A program made the position numbers and the translations under genes. DNA of 64,000 bases, taken from the NCBI RefSeq assembly GCF_963921235.1, contig NC_086097.1:56298001-56362000 (forward strand), written 5' to 3'. This document shows, one piece after another, positions 39,351 to 53,066 of this stretch. Numbering within the stretch: the stretch's first letter is position 1; every line of letters begins with the position of its first letter. Under the pieces are notes generated by a model that was not told the DNA's origin, did no database searches, and worked only from the letters and a program-made list of their open reading frames with translations. Origin of the DNA: Mobula hypostoma. Taxonomy: Eukaryota.

Positions 39351-39821
39351 TCTTCCTGTAAATCTCATTGAATAAGCCATGATGATCTTTGCTACAGAAT
39401 GCTTATCTTTGTGAAGGGATTGATTACCTTTATTAATAGGACCAGAAAACAAGTTGGGTGAATCAGGAAGTGTTAACGCTAATTTTTGGTAGGTAGTAAA
39501 ACTAATCAAATTTTTGTTAGCAGTTATTAGCATCCAAATGGATGTATATTTGGCATGATTTGAACAATAAAAATTAGACTAAATGAATATTTTGAAAATT
39601 GACAGTTTAGACAGTGAAGTGTCTCGTGTGCCTTTTCCAATTTATACTGTAAGTTCTTTGATTTGGAAGGAAGGTAAATTACCAGATTTTAATTTCTAAT
39701 ATATGTACGATAGCAATCTAGATTAGCATTCTCAACTTTTTGATGTCTCCGGGTATTCATAATGAAGACGATGTAGGTCTAATATGACTTATAGAAAGTG
39801 CAAAGTTTGATGCCGAGTGAT

Positions 39822-39910
39822 CGAAGGGTCTTGACCCGAAACATTTACTGTACCTCTTTCTATAGATGGTGCCTGGCCTGCTGCGTTCACCAGCAATTTT
39901 TATGTGTGTT
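39822..39910 (+). mobile_element. Penelope-like terminal repeat fragment
   Basis: cgaagggtcttgacccgaaac...cctggcctgctgcgttcaccagcaatttttatgtgtgtt. Confidence 0.65.
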
Positions 39911-42044
39911 AGTTGTATTCTTGTTTGGCTAGTCGAGTTTGATAATATTATGTGGCTTGTGATGCAACCTCGGAGGCAGAGAGCAGTTGAAATTGACCAT
40001 GTTACTGTGAGTGTAGAATCACATATAAAATTGGATCACACAGTGATGAGATTTTTTTCCCCTAAAGGATATTAACGAAGCAGAATAGTTTTATTTTCAG
40101 TAGTTATGAATGACTACTAATAGTAGCATTTTGTTTCAGATTTATTTAATTAATTGACTTCAAAATAGGATTTAAGATAATTACTTCACTCTTCTGAAGA
40201 AGTATAGGTTGATAGAGTACCCTTCAGTTAGTGGAAACATATATATTGCATTAGAGGAAGGAGCACTTCATCTGTTACGCACTCAGTTCTCATTTTGATT
40301 TTGATTTTTCCATGAAGTAATACAATTTGTCTTTTTTTAAAGTTGTATTCTGATTGAATAACTTGTTGCAGAAGTGACTATCAATACTTTTAATGAGAAG
40401 ATTGGTTATTTCAGAGAAATATTTTTTTTCTTTTAGACAGTTTTCCTTTCATAACGCTGCATTGCTCCCCCTTCCCCTCCTGAATGTAATTAAAATACAA
40501 GCTTCATCCTTTTGCTCCTTCAGGATGTTTTAGTGTCATCTGAGTAACCAGCATGCAGTATCTTTTGAACATAGTCTGTTGTCATCCAATGGACTTCTGT
40601 ATATTCCTTGTTCTCTGTCCACATTTTCAATCATTTCCTACAGCTATCAATTATCTTTAGGCTGCAATCTGGATGATTGCCTTTGAGCATTTACTATTAA
40701 TTCCATCCAGTGTTTACTTCGAAGCTCTTCATCTTGCCTTAAAAGTTCTATCCATCAGTAGAATGTCTTTCATTGACTTGTTTAAATACTGTATGTCCAT
40801 TAGCTTATTTGCTATTAAAATAGTTTTCTAGCCAATTATTAAGCTTATTAATTGATGTGTTGTATGAGCATCTGTATACTAGTTAATCAATAACTTCTAT
40901 TTTGGATTAATTTCAATGTGAACCTCCTTTTTCAAGTTTTATACTCTTCATATTATTCCTATATCTCTTAAAACATTTCTGTCCATCCAGTTGTGTTCCT
41001 CAGTTTGTATTTTTATTCTTGATGCCACTTCTTCAGTTTGGTGTCTGTTTCTCAGATACTCTTGTCATTTCAGAGTCTTGAAACTTGCCTGTCTTGATCA
41101 GTATTCTAAGCATACACCTAGTAGACTGACCTTTACCTATCGTTAAAGGCATCGTAAAGATCTTAAGAATGCTTAAGGCTTAGTTTTATTTTGAGATTTC
41201 TTCTAGGCTTTTTCCTTATGAAAGAGCCGTCCCTCAGTTCTGCAAATGTATTAGCATCTACATGAATTAGTACTTCTGTCTTCCAACCTCACTCATTCAA
41301 AAATCTTCAGTCCTCCCCTTTTTGAAAATAGACCGCTCCACTGCCTTTTATCTTGATACCACAGCCTAATTAGGGTCTTAAATGATGCACAAATTTATTC
41401 TCTGGCACATTTTCTCCATCTGCCAAATCAATTCCCTTTACCAGCAACTATCTTGCATGTTGACTGATTCCTCCAATTGTATTTTATTCATAGGCTAGTC
41501 TACATGCTAAAAGGAGTAGTCTTGTCTCAGAATTGCTTCTTGTGGCTAGTCCATGAGGCCCTCACAACAGTTAGTTGAGTTCAATCTTAGTTTCCCATCT
41601 TGATTATTTTTCTATTGACTATCTACCTACTTTCTTCACACATCATCAAGCTCTCTTCATATTGTAGGAATCAGTGCCACACCCTATCTATTCTAAGACA
41701 TTATCCTTAGCCTTTAGTATAAAATCCACTGTTGATTTTTGAAGAGCACCAGAAAGAACGGAAGTGGCAATATAGATTAATCAAACATTATGGAGAAACT
41801 ATCTGGGATTTAAAAAAGAAGTGGGATTTTATTCTGGTATATTGCAATTGTCTTCAAGCTGAGCAAATTTTATTTTTTCCTATTGATTATTTTGTGTGTA
41901 TTATTTACTAAAGTTGATCATCATTGTGAAGAGATTACCTTTATGTCTGAAATTTGTGAGACTAGAAAACGGTTGGCCTAATCAGGAGGAGTTAACATCA
42001 TTTACTAAAAATTAAATGATAAAAATTTCAATCTTACTGAATTT

Positions 42045-42325
42045 ATTTATTTAGCAATATAACTCGGAATCAGCTTTTCCGGACCTTCAAGCCATGCAAT
42101 CCCAGCGACCCCTGACAAACTTGATTTGCCCAAGCCCAATCACAGGGGAATTCACAATGACCAATTAACCTACACGGTACGTCTTGGAACTGTGGGGAAA
42201 TTAACCGGAGGAGCTGGAGAAAACCCCACGCATTTCACCAGGATGTGGAGAAACTCCTTACAGAGCCGTGCCAAAATTGTACGTCAAACTCCAGAAAGTT
42301 GCGATAGTGTCATGCTAACTGCATC
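42045..42325 (-). mobile_element. SINE fragment (V-SINE-like) upstream of the exon at 42447
   Basis: tgtggggaaattaaccggaggagctggagaaaaccccacgc resembles the reverse complement of the V-domain core. Confidence 0.5.
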
Positions 42326-42446
42326 ATAGAATTGTTGAAGCTTCAATTAATTTTAATTGTATTGTACCTAAATTGATGAAGAATAATTTGGTCAGTTGGT
42401 GTGTATTTGTTGACATTTATATTGTGGTTTTGGTTTTGTTTTACAG

Positions 42447-42570
42447 GCTATGGTTGGGAATGAGTGTGTGGGTGCCATTGTCTGCAAGCTGGACATGCAT
42501 AAGAAGATGTTCCGGAGGGGATACATAGCTATGTTAGCAGTGGATTCCAAGTATAGAAGGAAATGCATTG
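42447..42570 (+). CDS. NAA30: NAA30 coding exon 2
   Basis: ttttacag|GCT...; [41 protein letters not shown](G); donor G|gtgaga; 124 nt. Confidence 0.97.
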
Positions 42571-43554
42571 GTGAGATTTCAACATCACTATGAAATTAAG
42601 TGTTTAAAATTACTTCAGTTGAAAAGGGGATTTGGTTAGAGAATTTGTTTTTTCTTTTGGCTTCTTTTTGTATCCTTATCGCCTTGAGAGTTGTCTGCCT
42701 TTTATAAATGAACTTATCCAGACCACCGTCTGAGTTGTTTTGGTTCCAGGTCCCCAGGTGATGTATTCTCCCTTCTGTTTAAATTGCTTCGAGGTATTGT
42801 CCTCCTATCTTTCCGTAACAGCTGTTGAGTGATCATAATATTCTTCCAACTGCCCTTGCCTTCTCCTTTTAGGTCCCAACATTTGCATTTTTCAGTTACC
42901 AAGGTTCCATACTTTGGAATTTTTGCTTTTCCATTTTTTATAACTTTCCTATGCAGGCCCTCACCAGCTTATGAATGACAGTCTGTATGTATGAATCAAT
43001 GTTTGGAAGACTGACAGGATAGATATGCCAGTTTCTGCTGCTTGGAAACATGGTTTGCAGCCTTATTTTCAACTTGTGAACTGTTCAGATTACGAACAGT
43101 TCACAAGAATGGAACTGTCAAGAGTTGAGTTCTATGACCAATCTCCTATGCATTTCATAATCTAGTCCCTTCTGAATATATTTCCTTGCACTTTAGTGAC
43201 TTCTGATGTTTACATTAAAGATCCCGTGTGCATTTCAAATCTCTGTCCATACCCAGCCTCCTTTTCAATATTTGGTATATGATAGGATGTTAAATATCTT
43301 TAAATAATAAACGCCTAATTTTACTCTCACTTAACTACTTAAATTGCAAACATGTATATAGTGTTTAGGTTTTATATAAATAGCAGTCATTACTATTTCA
43401 AGTTAACTCTGTAAACAATAGGCTCTGAAGTGGGTGAACATATTAACCTAGATATTGCACAATATTCAGAAAACTAAGACCCCCTTGCAAATATAGATGA
43501 AGGGAAAAGTCCAGAACTTACTGAAAGGAGTTCATCAAGAATTTCATATTTCCT

Positions 43555-43850
43555 TACAACGTAGGCAGTATGGCCCCTCGAGACTATGTAGAACTTGGAC
43601 TTGCATCCTTGTAATCTATACTCTCTCAGCTTCCCATTAACTAACCTCGGATTTTCCTACCACTTCTGTGTACAAGGAGTAATTTAGATTATCCAATTAT
43701 CCTTGTACCTTTTGGAAATGCGAGGAAAGTAGAGCAGCTAAAGGAAATCCAGGTAATCACAAGGAGAACGTGCAAACTCCATGCAGTACTGAACCTCACA
43801 ATCAAATCAGGGTCAGTGGGACAGCAATCTTACCTACTGCGCAACTGCGA
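43555..43850 (-). mobile_element. V-SINE, diverged
   Basis: ggagaacgtgcaaactcca and tacctactgcgcaactgcg, antisense V-domain and tRNA-like head. Confidence 0.55.
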
Positions 43851-46417
43851 TACCCAATTTCTTTTTATTATTAGATTCCACGCTGAACCTCTTGGGGAAT
43901 TCATCAGCAAAGTGCTAGCTTTCTGCAATCAGACAGTTAATAATGCTGGTGATTCTGCCAGCTAAGCCTGGATTTTATTGCTTTTTAAATATTTTTGAAT
44001 GTATTATCTAATAGGTTTTTAATTTTTGAGGACAAAGGCATTCACAAAGATTCAAACTGATGACTGTAACACCAAGTTAAACTTGGGGGTTTTGTTTATA
44101 GTTGGCTGTCAAAAGCGTCTGTGGGCAGGATGTGTCCAGGCTCCACCTCATTAAGCTATTTGACTGTGCTGCACAGATGTTCAATAATTATCTGAGAATT
44201 AACTTCATTGCTATAGGAAGATCTGCATGATGCCTACAGATCCATCAGATGGGAAATCAGTCCAATCAGGAAATTCTAGGTCCTAATATTCTAAAAAAGC
44301 ACAATTCAGTGGGAGATGGGAAGGAAAGCAATACTGAAAATTCATTTGTGGGAAAGCTATGCTTATACTTGTTTAATGCTTGCTTGAATTTGTAATCATT
44401 AGACAAATGTTGATATTTTAATTATTAAATGAATCATTAGCAAGGGAATGAGGTATATAACCATCAAATCTGTTGGCCCTTGATGACCAGTTCCTCAGAA
44501 AACCTACACCGTTCTTTCTGTAACAAATGGGACCTTTGTTCATCTTAAAATCATAATAGTCATTGCTTTAATTTATGTCCTTTGAAGTATATCTTGCAGT
44601 GCAGTTTGATAGTATACATTTTCAACCCAGGTTCTCTGGAGATCTACAGTGGCTAGATGGAGAGAAATGCAGTTCACTGCATGAACACAATTGGAACCAG
44701 CCACCGGTTGTAAATGTGTGTGAGGCTGAGGGCAACCGCCTGTTGCGCTATAGGCTAATGGGAGGCAGCATTTGTATAAAATTGCATGGGAGTCTGGCAT
44801 ACTAATTTCAAATTGGGTTATGAAATTGCCTGTTTTGAGACTTCCAGTTACATAAATACTGTATCGAGTTTACTATATATACCATTTTGAAGTTTTTCTC
44901 TTTTTAAAGGGAGATTTAGATACTGCAGGGAATATATTCATTTTGGTTATGTTAGTTGGAGAAGAATGTTGGCCAGACTGAGGACAAATTAATGTTCCTC
45001 TGAAATTGAATACAACACATTATGCAGTCCTTGCACAAATGTCAGGAAAAAAATGTACACCGAAACATTTAGTATTCCAGAACTCTAGCTGACCATTGAT
45101 GACCCTTAAAATTAAAGGATGAGTACATTTTGTGCCTGTTTTCCCCACTTGAGGAAAGGAATACCTAGCATCATTAGAAGCATTTTAGTATAATGGATCT
45201 CCATCAACTGTTCCATTTGGCTTTGCCAAGTTCAAATTCTAAATTGTGTGTCCAGATATTGTAGAATTTACAATGGATGGTAAATTAGAAAAAAGATCAT
45301 TAAGGAATTTGAACATCTTAGCTATTTGCTAAATTGTGGCTTGCAACAAATTTGTCCAGTAATGCATATGAAAATATGTAACCTCAGAATATGGAGTAAA
45401 CAGCAGTAAACCTTGCAGAATGTGAAGTTGAAAACTGGAATTGCAGGTCAGTTGCTACTTGAAGGAAAATAGTTAACATTTCAAGATGATGGCGTTCTGG
45501 TTCATTTTCCATCTATCTGTGCGTCCATATGCAGGAAACTGATGCAGGGTGAGGCTTGGGCAACACTTTTGGAAAGTGCTTCAGGAGGGGACACATCAGT
45601 CCTTTGCGAAGTTAATTGGGTTTTAAAACATATCTTGAAGCCTGTAATGTGACAATTTATACTAGTCCATTTGGATTCTGACTTTGAGATTTTTGTTAAC
45701 TAGCTAAGAGAGATTTCCACCTGTTTCTTTGTATACTTTTACTAAGCTGCACTATGGCTGAACAGTGCTAAAATTAATATTTTTCCCTGTGCTATTTGGC
45801 CTTCTGTTCATTTTTATCTATACATTTGGGTGTAGATTAATACTTTTTATATAAAAGGGTCAGTATAGTTCATATCCATTGAATCTGTTTAAACAGAATG
45901 CAAGAGAAGGGTGCTAAGTGACGAGTAAAGGTGTTCTCCAAAGAACAGGCTTGTAAGATGAGTGTCTAAAGCTGCTTTTTGCATTACCATTAGTACTTTA
46001 ACTACCTAATGATTAAGCAGGCCCTTAACCCAAGTATATTTCAGTTGTGCATTTTTCACCACTTATAATAAGACCGAAAAAAAAAGGCACAGGAACAAAA
46101 TTAGGCCATTTGGCCCATCGAGTCTGCTCTGCTATTCTGTTATGGCTGATTTATTATCCCCTTGAACCCCACTCTCCTGCCTTCTCCCTGTAATCTTTGT
46201 CACCATTACTAATCAAGAACCTGTCACCCTCTGCTTTAAGTATACCCAATGACTTGAACTCCACTGCCCTTTGTGGCACTGAATTCCAAAAAATTCACCA
46301 CCTTCTGGCTAAAGAAATTCCTCATCTCTATTCTAAAGGGATATCCCTCTATTCTGAGGCTGTGCCCTCTGGTGCTAGACTGCCCCAATATAGAAAACAT
46401 CTTCTGCACATCCACTC

Positions 46418-49400
46418 TGTGTGTATGTGGCCTGGTTACACAACTATTGTTATTAATAAAAACGCTAGAGACGGGAACTAAGTTTCATGGTTCTTTACTG
46501 GTAGAGTCTGAACTTGATACACACATACAGATCAATACATGCCTAACAGTGCATGCAACGAGTGTTACTAAAACATAAAGTAGTCCCTTATTATAATGTA
46601 GGCTATACGGTACACTCCGCCCCTTTTATTTTAACTTTTTTTTTACTGGGGAACCATGCTAAACAAATGTTTACCCTTAACATACAAACGCCTACCATTT
46701 GTTTACAAATTATAAAGTAACTTAATAATATCAAATTATAACAAGCCTTTTTCTTTTTTTAACTTTTGGTGTAAGACCCATTTAGAGCTCAAGTCTCTGG
46801 GGAGGTTTTCTCTGCCTCTCCGGGTAACGTCTGTCCTGAAACGTTTGCTTTGGGGAATGAGTCTCCACAGGTACATCAGGTGGGTCATCAGCACCGTTGA
46901 CAGGCTTATCTGTAGATGAGGCTGATGTGGTCACATCAGGAGTGTTTGCCTCTATGTCCAGGGAGTCCGGGCAAGGTGTTGTTGTATTTTTCACCTGAGC
47001 ATCCAGGATTTGGTCCACATGACGTCTCCATACGTTCTCTCCCACCTCCACTGTATACATCAGTGGCCCATTTATGGCGGAAATTGTACCTGGCTGCCAC
47101 TCTTCAGTCCGGTAATCAAGTGCAAGAACTGACTGTCCCACACTGAAGCTCCGTGTTAATTTCGCATTCAAGTGATTGAACCGTCTGTTCTGCACATCAC
47201 GCTGTACATCTCGTTTGAGAAGATCCATGCAGGACCTCAGGTTCCTGTTCAGAAACATCATCGCTGGAGTCTGATTAGTGGTTGTATGTACTGCATTGCA
47301 ATAGGCAAGGAGGAAGTTGTCTACCTTGTGTTGCAGTGGTCGATTTTCACTGTCCATTGCCTTGATGGCTTTCTTGAATGTCTGCACAAATCTTTCTGCC
47401 AAGCCATTTATGGATGGATGGTAAGGGGCAGATGTAAAGTGCTTGATTCCATTGTTCTTTACAAAACTTCGGAATTCTTCAGAGACAAATTGTCTTCCAT
47501 TGCCTGTGCATATTTGTTCTGGTATGCCGTTCCTGGCGAACATGGCCCTCAGAACTGTAATGGTCTTTTCTGATGTGGTTGTCTTCATTTTGATGACCCC
47601 TGGCCATTTGGAATGTGCATTGACAGTGATTAAAGAGAGAGTCCATGAATGGTCCAGCAAAGTCAATGTGCACTCGTTGCCATGGTGATGAGGGCCACTC
47701 TCATGGATGGAGAGGGGCTTGTGGTTGTGTGTTCTGGATCTTTTGACATCCAGAGCAGTTTTTGGTCAAGTGCTCAATCTATTTATCGATTCCTGGCCAC
47801 CACCCATAGGCACGGTCAAGACCTTTCATCTTCACGGTACCCAGGTGCCCCTCGTGCAGTTCCTCCAGTACTCTGGTGCATAACTTGGGAGGAATCACAA
47901 CTCGTGAACCACACGTTAGTGTTCCAAGACACACTGACAACTTCTCCTTCCTCGCTGAGAAGGCTGGAAACAGTGTGTTACACTGCGCTGGCCATCCCTT
48001 TACCGTGATGTCATACACTTTTGACAACATAGGGTCATTGCGTGTTTCTCTTTCAATGAGGCTGTTTGTCACTGGTAATTTTTCAACTGTTGTGTGAAAG
48101 ACCTCTGCCGAATCCATTTGAATAGTTATCTCTGAAGTCGGCAGCGGTAAACGTGACAAACTATCTGCATTGCCATGTTGCTTGGTCCCCTTGTGTTCAA
48201 TGTCATACATGTGACCTCCTAAGAAAAGAGACGATCGCTGCAGCCCTTGTGCTGTCATCACTGGAACACCTTTTCTTGGGTTGAAGATTGACACGAGAGG
48301 CTAATGGTCAGTCAACAGGGTAAACTTTTGACCATACAGGTAGTGACTGAATTTCTTGATTCCCCACACAAGGCTTAGGGCCTCTCTGTCAATCTGTGCA
48401 TTGTTGCATTCAGCTGAAGTTAGCGTTCTTGAGGCAAAGGCTATTAGTCTTTCTGAGCCATCTGGAAACTTGTGCGATAACATGGAGTGAGGCATCACAA
48501 GCCAGTCGGATTTGTAAGGAGGAGTCAAAGTGCGCGAGCACCCCTTCTGAAGTTATGAGTCTTTTAGTTTCTTGAAATGCTTTCTCACAGCTCTCAGTCC
48601 ACTTCCATTCTGTCCCTGTCTGTTACAGTGCATTTAGTGGGTGTAGGACTGTGGACAGGTTAGGCAAGAACTTGTGGTAATAGTTCACTAGACTAAGATA
48701 TGCTCTCAGCTGAGACACATTTTCAGGTGGTGGTGCCTTAAGCACCACTTCTGTCTTGTCTTGAGACATGTGTAAGCCATCCTTGTTGATCACATGCCCA
48801 CAGTATGAGATTTCCTTTTTGAAAAACTCACATTTCTGTCGATTAGCTCTGAGCCCATATTTTCGACACCTGGTGAGCACTTGTTCAAGGTTAGAAAGAT
48901 GTTCGTCGTCATCTTTGCCAGTGACAGTGATGTCATCCAGGTAACACTGAGTCTCTGGAATGCCCTGCAGGACCTGGTCCATTGCCAGATTGCAGGAGTT
49001 GATGCTGTCCCAAACACCAACCTGTTGTACTGATAAAGTCCTTTGTGTGTATTTATTGTCAGGTATTTCTTGGATGCATTATCGATTTCCATTTGAAGAT
49101 AAGCCTGGGCCAAATTGATTTTTGTGAAATGTTCCCCTCCTGACAGGGAAGTAAAGATGGCCTCAATACGTGGTAGAGGATACTGTACTGTGCGGAGAAC
49201 TGGGTTAACAGTCACTTTAAAGTGTCCACATATGCGCACCATGCTTTGTTTTCCTGGTTTTGTGCTGGAGGTTTCCTTCATCACTGGAACAATAGGTGTG
49301 GCCCATTCACTCCAATCCACCTTTGACAGGACCCCAGTCTGCTCCAGATTTTTCAGCTCAGCCTCTACTGTAGGACGGACTGCATATGGCACTGGTCTGG

Positions 49401-51282
49401 CTTTGTGAAATTTTGGACATGCATTTTCCTCAATCTCAATCTTTGCCTTCATGCCCTGAAGTGTTCCTATTCCTTTCATGAACATTTCCTCAGAGCCAGC
49501 AAGTAGTTGTGACAGTCTCAGATGTAGCCTTGCTGCCCTCCTTTGCTGACACAACTAGTGCCTTGATGGTGTGGATTTTCCTGAGCCATTCACGTCCCAG
49601 CAACGGTGGTCCTCCATTTTTCAGTACATAGAGGTTCAGCTGCTGTGTTTTGTCTCTGTAGGTCACTGTTACTTTAGTTTTACCTTTGGGACACACTTTC
49701 TGTCCTGTGTAAGTCTTTAAAAGGAAGTTAGATATGGCCCTTGTGGCTACAGGGGTCACGGGGTATGGAGGGAAGGCTGGGTTCTGAGTTGGATGATCAG
49801 CCATGATCATAATAAATGGCGGTGCAGGCTCGAAGGGCCGAATGGCCTACTCCTGCACCTATTTTCTATGTTTCTATGTTTCTATGTTTAGCAGTAGTTT
49901 AGTTTGTTCTAGAGGTATGTGAGAAAACAGTCGTTTGTAGTTGTGTACAAAGATCACGGTTAAAGCTGAGCCTGTGTCCAATTCCATTTTCAGTCTCACG
50001 CCTGCCACTTGTGGAGTGATCCATATTACTCTTCGATCATCTGTCTCTTTCACACTGTGAAGTTGCAGACAAGACAATTCACTTTTGTCTGAGTCGTTTT
50101 CATCAGAACTGCTTTCTTTCATTTTGTGTACATTGTTGTATTTTCCCTTCTGGGGTTTCTTGTTTCTCTGTATTTTGTCCTTTTTCTGCTGTTGACTAGC
50201 TTTGCATACTCTGCCAATGTGGCCCCGTTTGCCACAGCTTCTGCATTCTTTGTCTTTAAACCAACAGTCCTCAGGGTCATGTGACATGTTCCCACAACGG
50301 TAACATTTCTTTCCTTCATTTCTGTTCAGTGACATTTTATTCGTAGCATATTCCAGAGATTTTTGTTGCATCTCTGAAGCACCCCGTGCTGCTGTTTCCA
50401 ATGATATTGCAATGTTCAGCACCTTCTCTAATGTAAGGTCTTTTTCACACAGGAGTTTCTTCTGTGTGGTTTCACAGCGCATGCCACACATTAACCTGTC
50501 CCTCAATGCGTCTGATAGACCAGCTCCAAATTGGCAATGTTCTGATAATTCGTGCAATTCAATTCAGCACAATATTCAGAAATGCTTTTATTTTTCCTCT
50601 GATTCTGTTTGTGAAATTTAAATCTTTCAGCAATGACCAGTGGTTTGTGGTTTAAATGCTGTTGGAGAGTGTCTACTATTCGCTTGAACCTTTTGTCAGC
50701 CTCCATTGCAGCCCGTATGTTTTTGCTGTCATAGCACAGAGTAAGACGCTGGCTTTTCATCATTAATACTATTAGCATCACAGTATAATGCCACTCTTTC
50801 AATGTAAGTTACCCAGTTTTCAATGCTACTATCAAATGCTGTAATGGTTCCAATCATCACCATCTTTGTTATGTTAATTTAGTCCTATTTTTCCTTGTAT
50901 TCTTTTTAGTTAACTCCTTGCAGTCACTGCACATTCCACTTGACTCGGGTGTCCTTTTTGCTAGAGCAATGAGCGCACTCCGTTTAGATGTGTGTGTTGC
51001 TCCTTTTCATCTCCCTTCTCTCTCTTCTCCGAGTGTCGTTATCAGCTAAAACGTGGCGTTCCGATAAGATGTAGGTTCATAACTCTCGTCACCAATTTGT
51101 TGTGTATGTGGCCTGGTTACACAGCTATGTTATTAATAAAAATGCTGGGGACGGGAACTAAGTTTCATGGTTCTTTACTGGTAGAGTCCAAACTTGACAC
51201 ACACACACAGATCAATACGCACCTAATAGCGCATGCAACGATGTAAAGTAGTCCCTTTTTATAATGTAGGCTATACGGTACA
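46418..51282 (-). mobile_element. Full-length but decayed Gypsy/Mag-type LTR retrotransposon in an NAA30 intron, antisense
   Basis: LTRs at 46418-46614 and 51098-51282 (TG...CA), 5-bp TSD cactc. PBS tggtgacgag (51085-51094, minus; tRNA-Ser-like) and PPT aaaaggggcggag (46615-46627, minus). Order gag (two zinc knuckles), PR (LDTGS), RT (YLDD), RNase H, integrase (NGLAERFVQTFK, WRRHVDQI), with frameshifts. Confidence 0.95.
49720..49886 (+). mobile_element. CR1 3'-end fragment with (TTTCTATG)n tail inserted in the Gypsy protease region
   Basis: ggctcgaagggccgaatggcctactcctgcacctattttctatgtttctatgtttctatg; 4-bp TSD ttta (49716-49719 / 49887-49890). Removing it restores LLLKTYTG. Confidence 0.85.
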
Positions 51283-52007
51283 CACTCTATCTTGGGCTTT
51301 CAATATTTGATAGGTTTCAATGAGATTCCATCCCTCCCCCACTTATTGTCTAAACACCAGTGAAAGCAGGCCCAGAGCCATCAAACGCTCCTCATATGTT
51401 AACTCTTTCATTCCTAGAATTATTCTCATGAGCCTCCTTTGGACCCTATCCATCTTGGATAAGGGGCCCAAACCTGCTCACAATGCTCCCAAGTGTAGGC
51501 TGACCAATGGCTTATAGAATTGTAATAGAGTTGTACACATCCTGCAACACATTTATAAATTGACTTTTCGTGCTGTCCTTAATGTAAACTGTTTTTATTG
51601 AATCTGATGGTATTAAAATAGCATCCAGGTACTTTGTGGGTTTGTGGCTGTTTTAGAAATATTAACATTGAAAGTTGCCATCTAATTTTATGCATGCAAG
51701 AAACTTCAACTGGATAGATTGTTGTCTTGTTTCTTCGCCATGATGAAACCAAGTACAAAGTTTTTTTTAAAAATGAATTGTGCTTCATCTTTGTAGGAAC
51801 TTGTTGAGCCCAATGTTTTTCTAGCAGTATGACAGCCATCAGGGAACTCTGTAGAATCCATTCCATGAATGGCACCTCTTAAGCACTACTTACTAGTTCT
51901 GTACCTTGTGTGTTCTGATATCACACTTGAGATTTTGGGGAGTTTGAGTTTATGATTTTATTTACCTCTGTGCTTCTGAATATTTAATTTGCTGCCTTGT
52001 TTTGCAG

Positions 52008-52063
52008 GCACAAATCTAGTGAAGAAAGCAATTTATGCCATGGTAGAAGGTGACTGTGATGAG
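52008..52063 (+). CDS. NAA30: NAA30 coding exon 3
   Basis: ttttgcag|GC ACA...; (G)TNLVKKAIYAMVEGDCDE; donor GAG|gtaaag; 56 nt, restores phase 0. Confidence 0.97.
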
Positions 52064-52370
52064 GTAAAGAATCTGCAAAATCTGTTGGGCTTTATTAACA
52101 TTTAAATATTTTATTTGTTTGGAGTACTATTTGCAAACCCCTGTCTGCATATTCATTATCCCGTTGCTTCTTCTTTCTGTTGAGTACTTAACCGTTTTGA
52201 CTGGAATTCAAAAGTCAGTTTTCCTGTCTCTGTGTGTCTCACCTCCCTTTAACTGATGGAGTGAATTATGAGGAATTTATCCTGGTTGCTTTTCCTAATA
52301 TAGAAACGGGCTACAATTATTCTATGCAGCAAAGAGCCTGCAGAACTTTGTAATTGAAAGAATCAATTAC

Positions 52371-53066
52371 CAGACATTCCACCTCTCCCGGAAGTTCCGA
52401 GAGTCTCCTGCATATTAATAGTGGCTCCCTGATGCCCGCAAATTATATACAATGTCCCGGAAATTGATTTTTTTGAGAGTGAGCGTGAGAGAACGCGCGA
52501 GAAAGAGCAAGAGAGTGAGCACAAGAGCAAGAAAGCAAGCGCGAGACAGCGAGCGTGAGAGCGAGAGCAAGAAAGCAAGCGCAAGTGACAGCGACCACGA
52601 GAGAGAGAGAGCACGCGAGAAAGCAAGAGTAAGAAAGCAAGCACGAGAGAGCGACCACGAGAGAGAGTGAGAGCAAGAGCGAAAAAGCAAGCGCACGCGA
52701 GAGAGAGCAAGCGAGAGCGAGAGTGTTCCAATAAAAGAAAATATGAAACGTACGTCACCCCAGACTACACTAAAGTGTACCCCTGCCTAATAGGGGTCAG
52801 AATGATGACAGTGTTGCTCGCTGCACTGTTTGCAACAGTGACTTTTCTATTGCCCATGGTGGGTTAAGACTGTAAAAGACATGTTGAGGTGAGTTTAACA
52901 GGTATCATTCATTCATTAGCATAGTTAACGTTATTTAAACTAGCTGGCTAGCTGCTAAAGAGCTACTCTATTGCAGACATCCCACCTCTCCCGGAAGTTC
53001 CAGGAGTCTCCCGCAAATTGATGGTCCTACCTCCCTGAAATGAGTTTTCGCAGGGTGGGATGTCTG
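52371..53066. mobile_element. Non-autonomous TIR DNA element with 6-bp TSD, superfamily unassigned
   Basis: Ends cagacattccacc / ggtgggatgtctg (12/13 inverted match). TSD aattac at 52365-52370 and 53067-53072. Confidence 0.75.
52476..52723 (+). repeat. Purine-rich low-complexity tract (GAGA/GCAA/GCGA units)
   Basis: Recurrent gagcaagaaagcaagc and gcgaccacgagagagag units. This tract explains the spurious ORFs on both strands. Confidence 0.9.

Larger units (their letters stand above)
46065..51515 (-). mobile_element. CR1 3' fragment split by the Gypsy insertion (46065-46417 and 51283-51515)
   Basis: Joining the two halves restores cacatccactctatc..., colinear with the CR1 3' end at 15210-15780. 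Confidence 0.8.

Noticed and set aside
46782..47666. Domesticated integrase gene
   Set aside because: It sits inside an LTR element with TSD; the ORF start is frameshifted and catalytic motifs are degenerate (VNAHSKW, CTGNG).
52363..52867. Overlapping Leu/Ser/Arg-rich ORFs
   Set aside because: Artefacts of the purine-rich low-complexity tract in a non-autonomous element.
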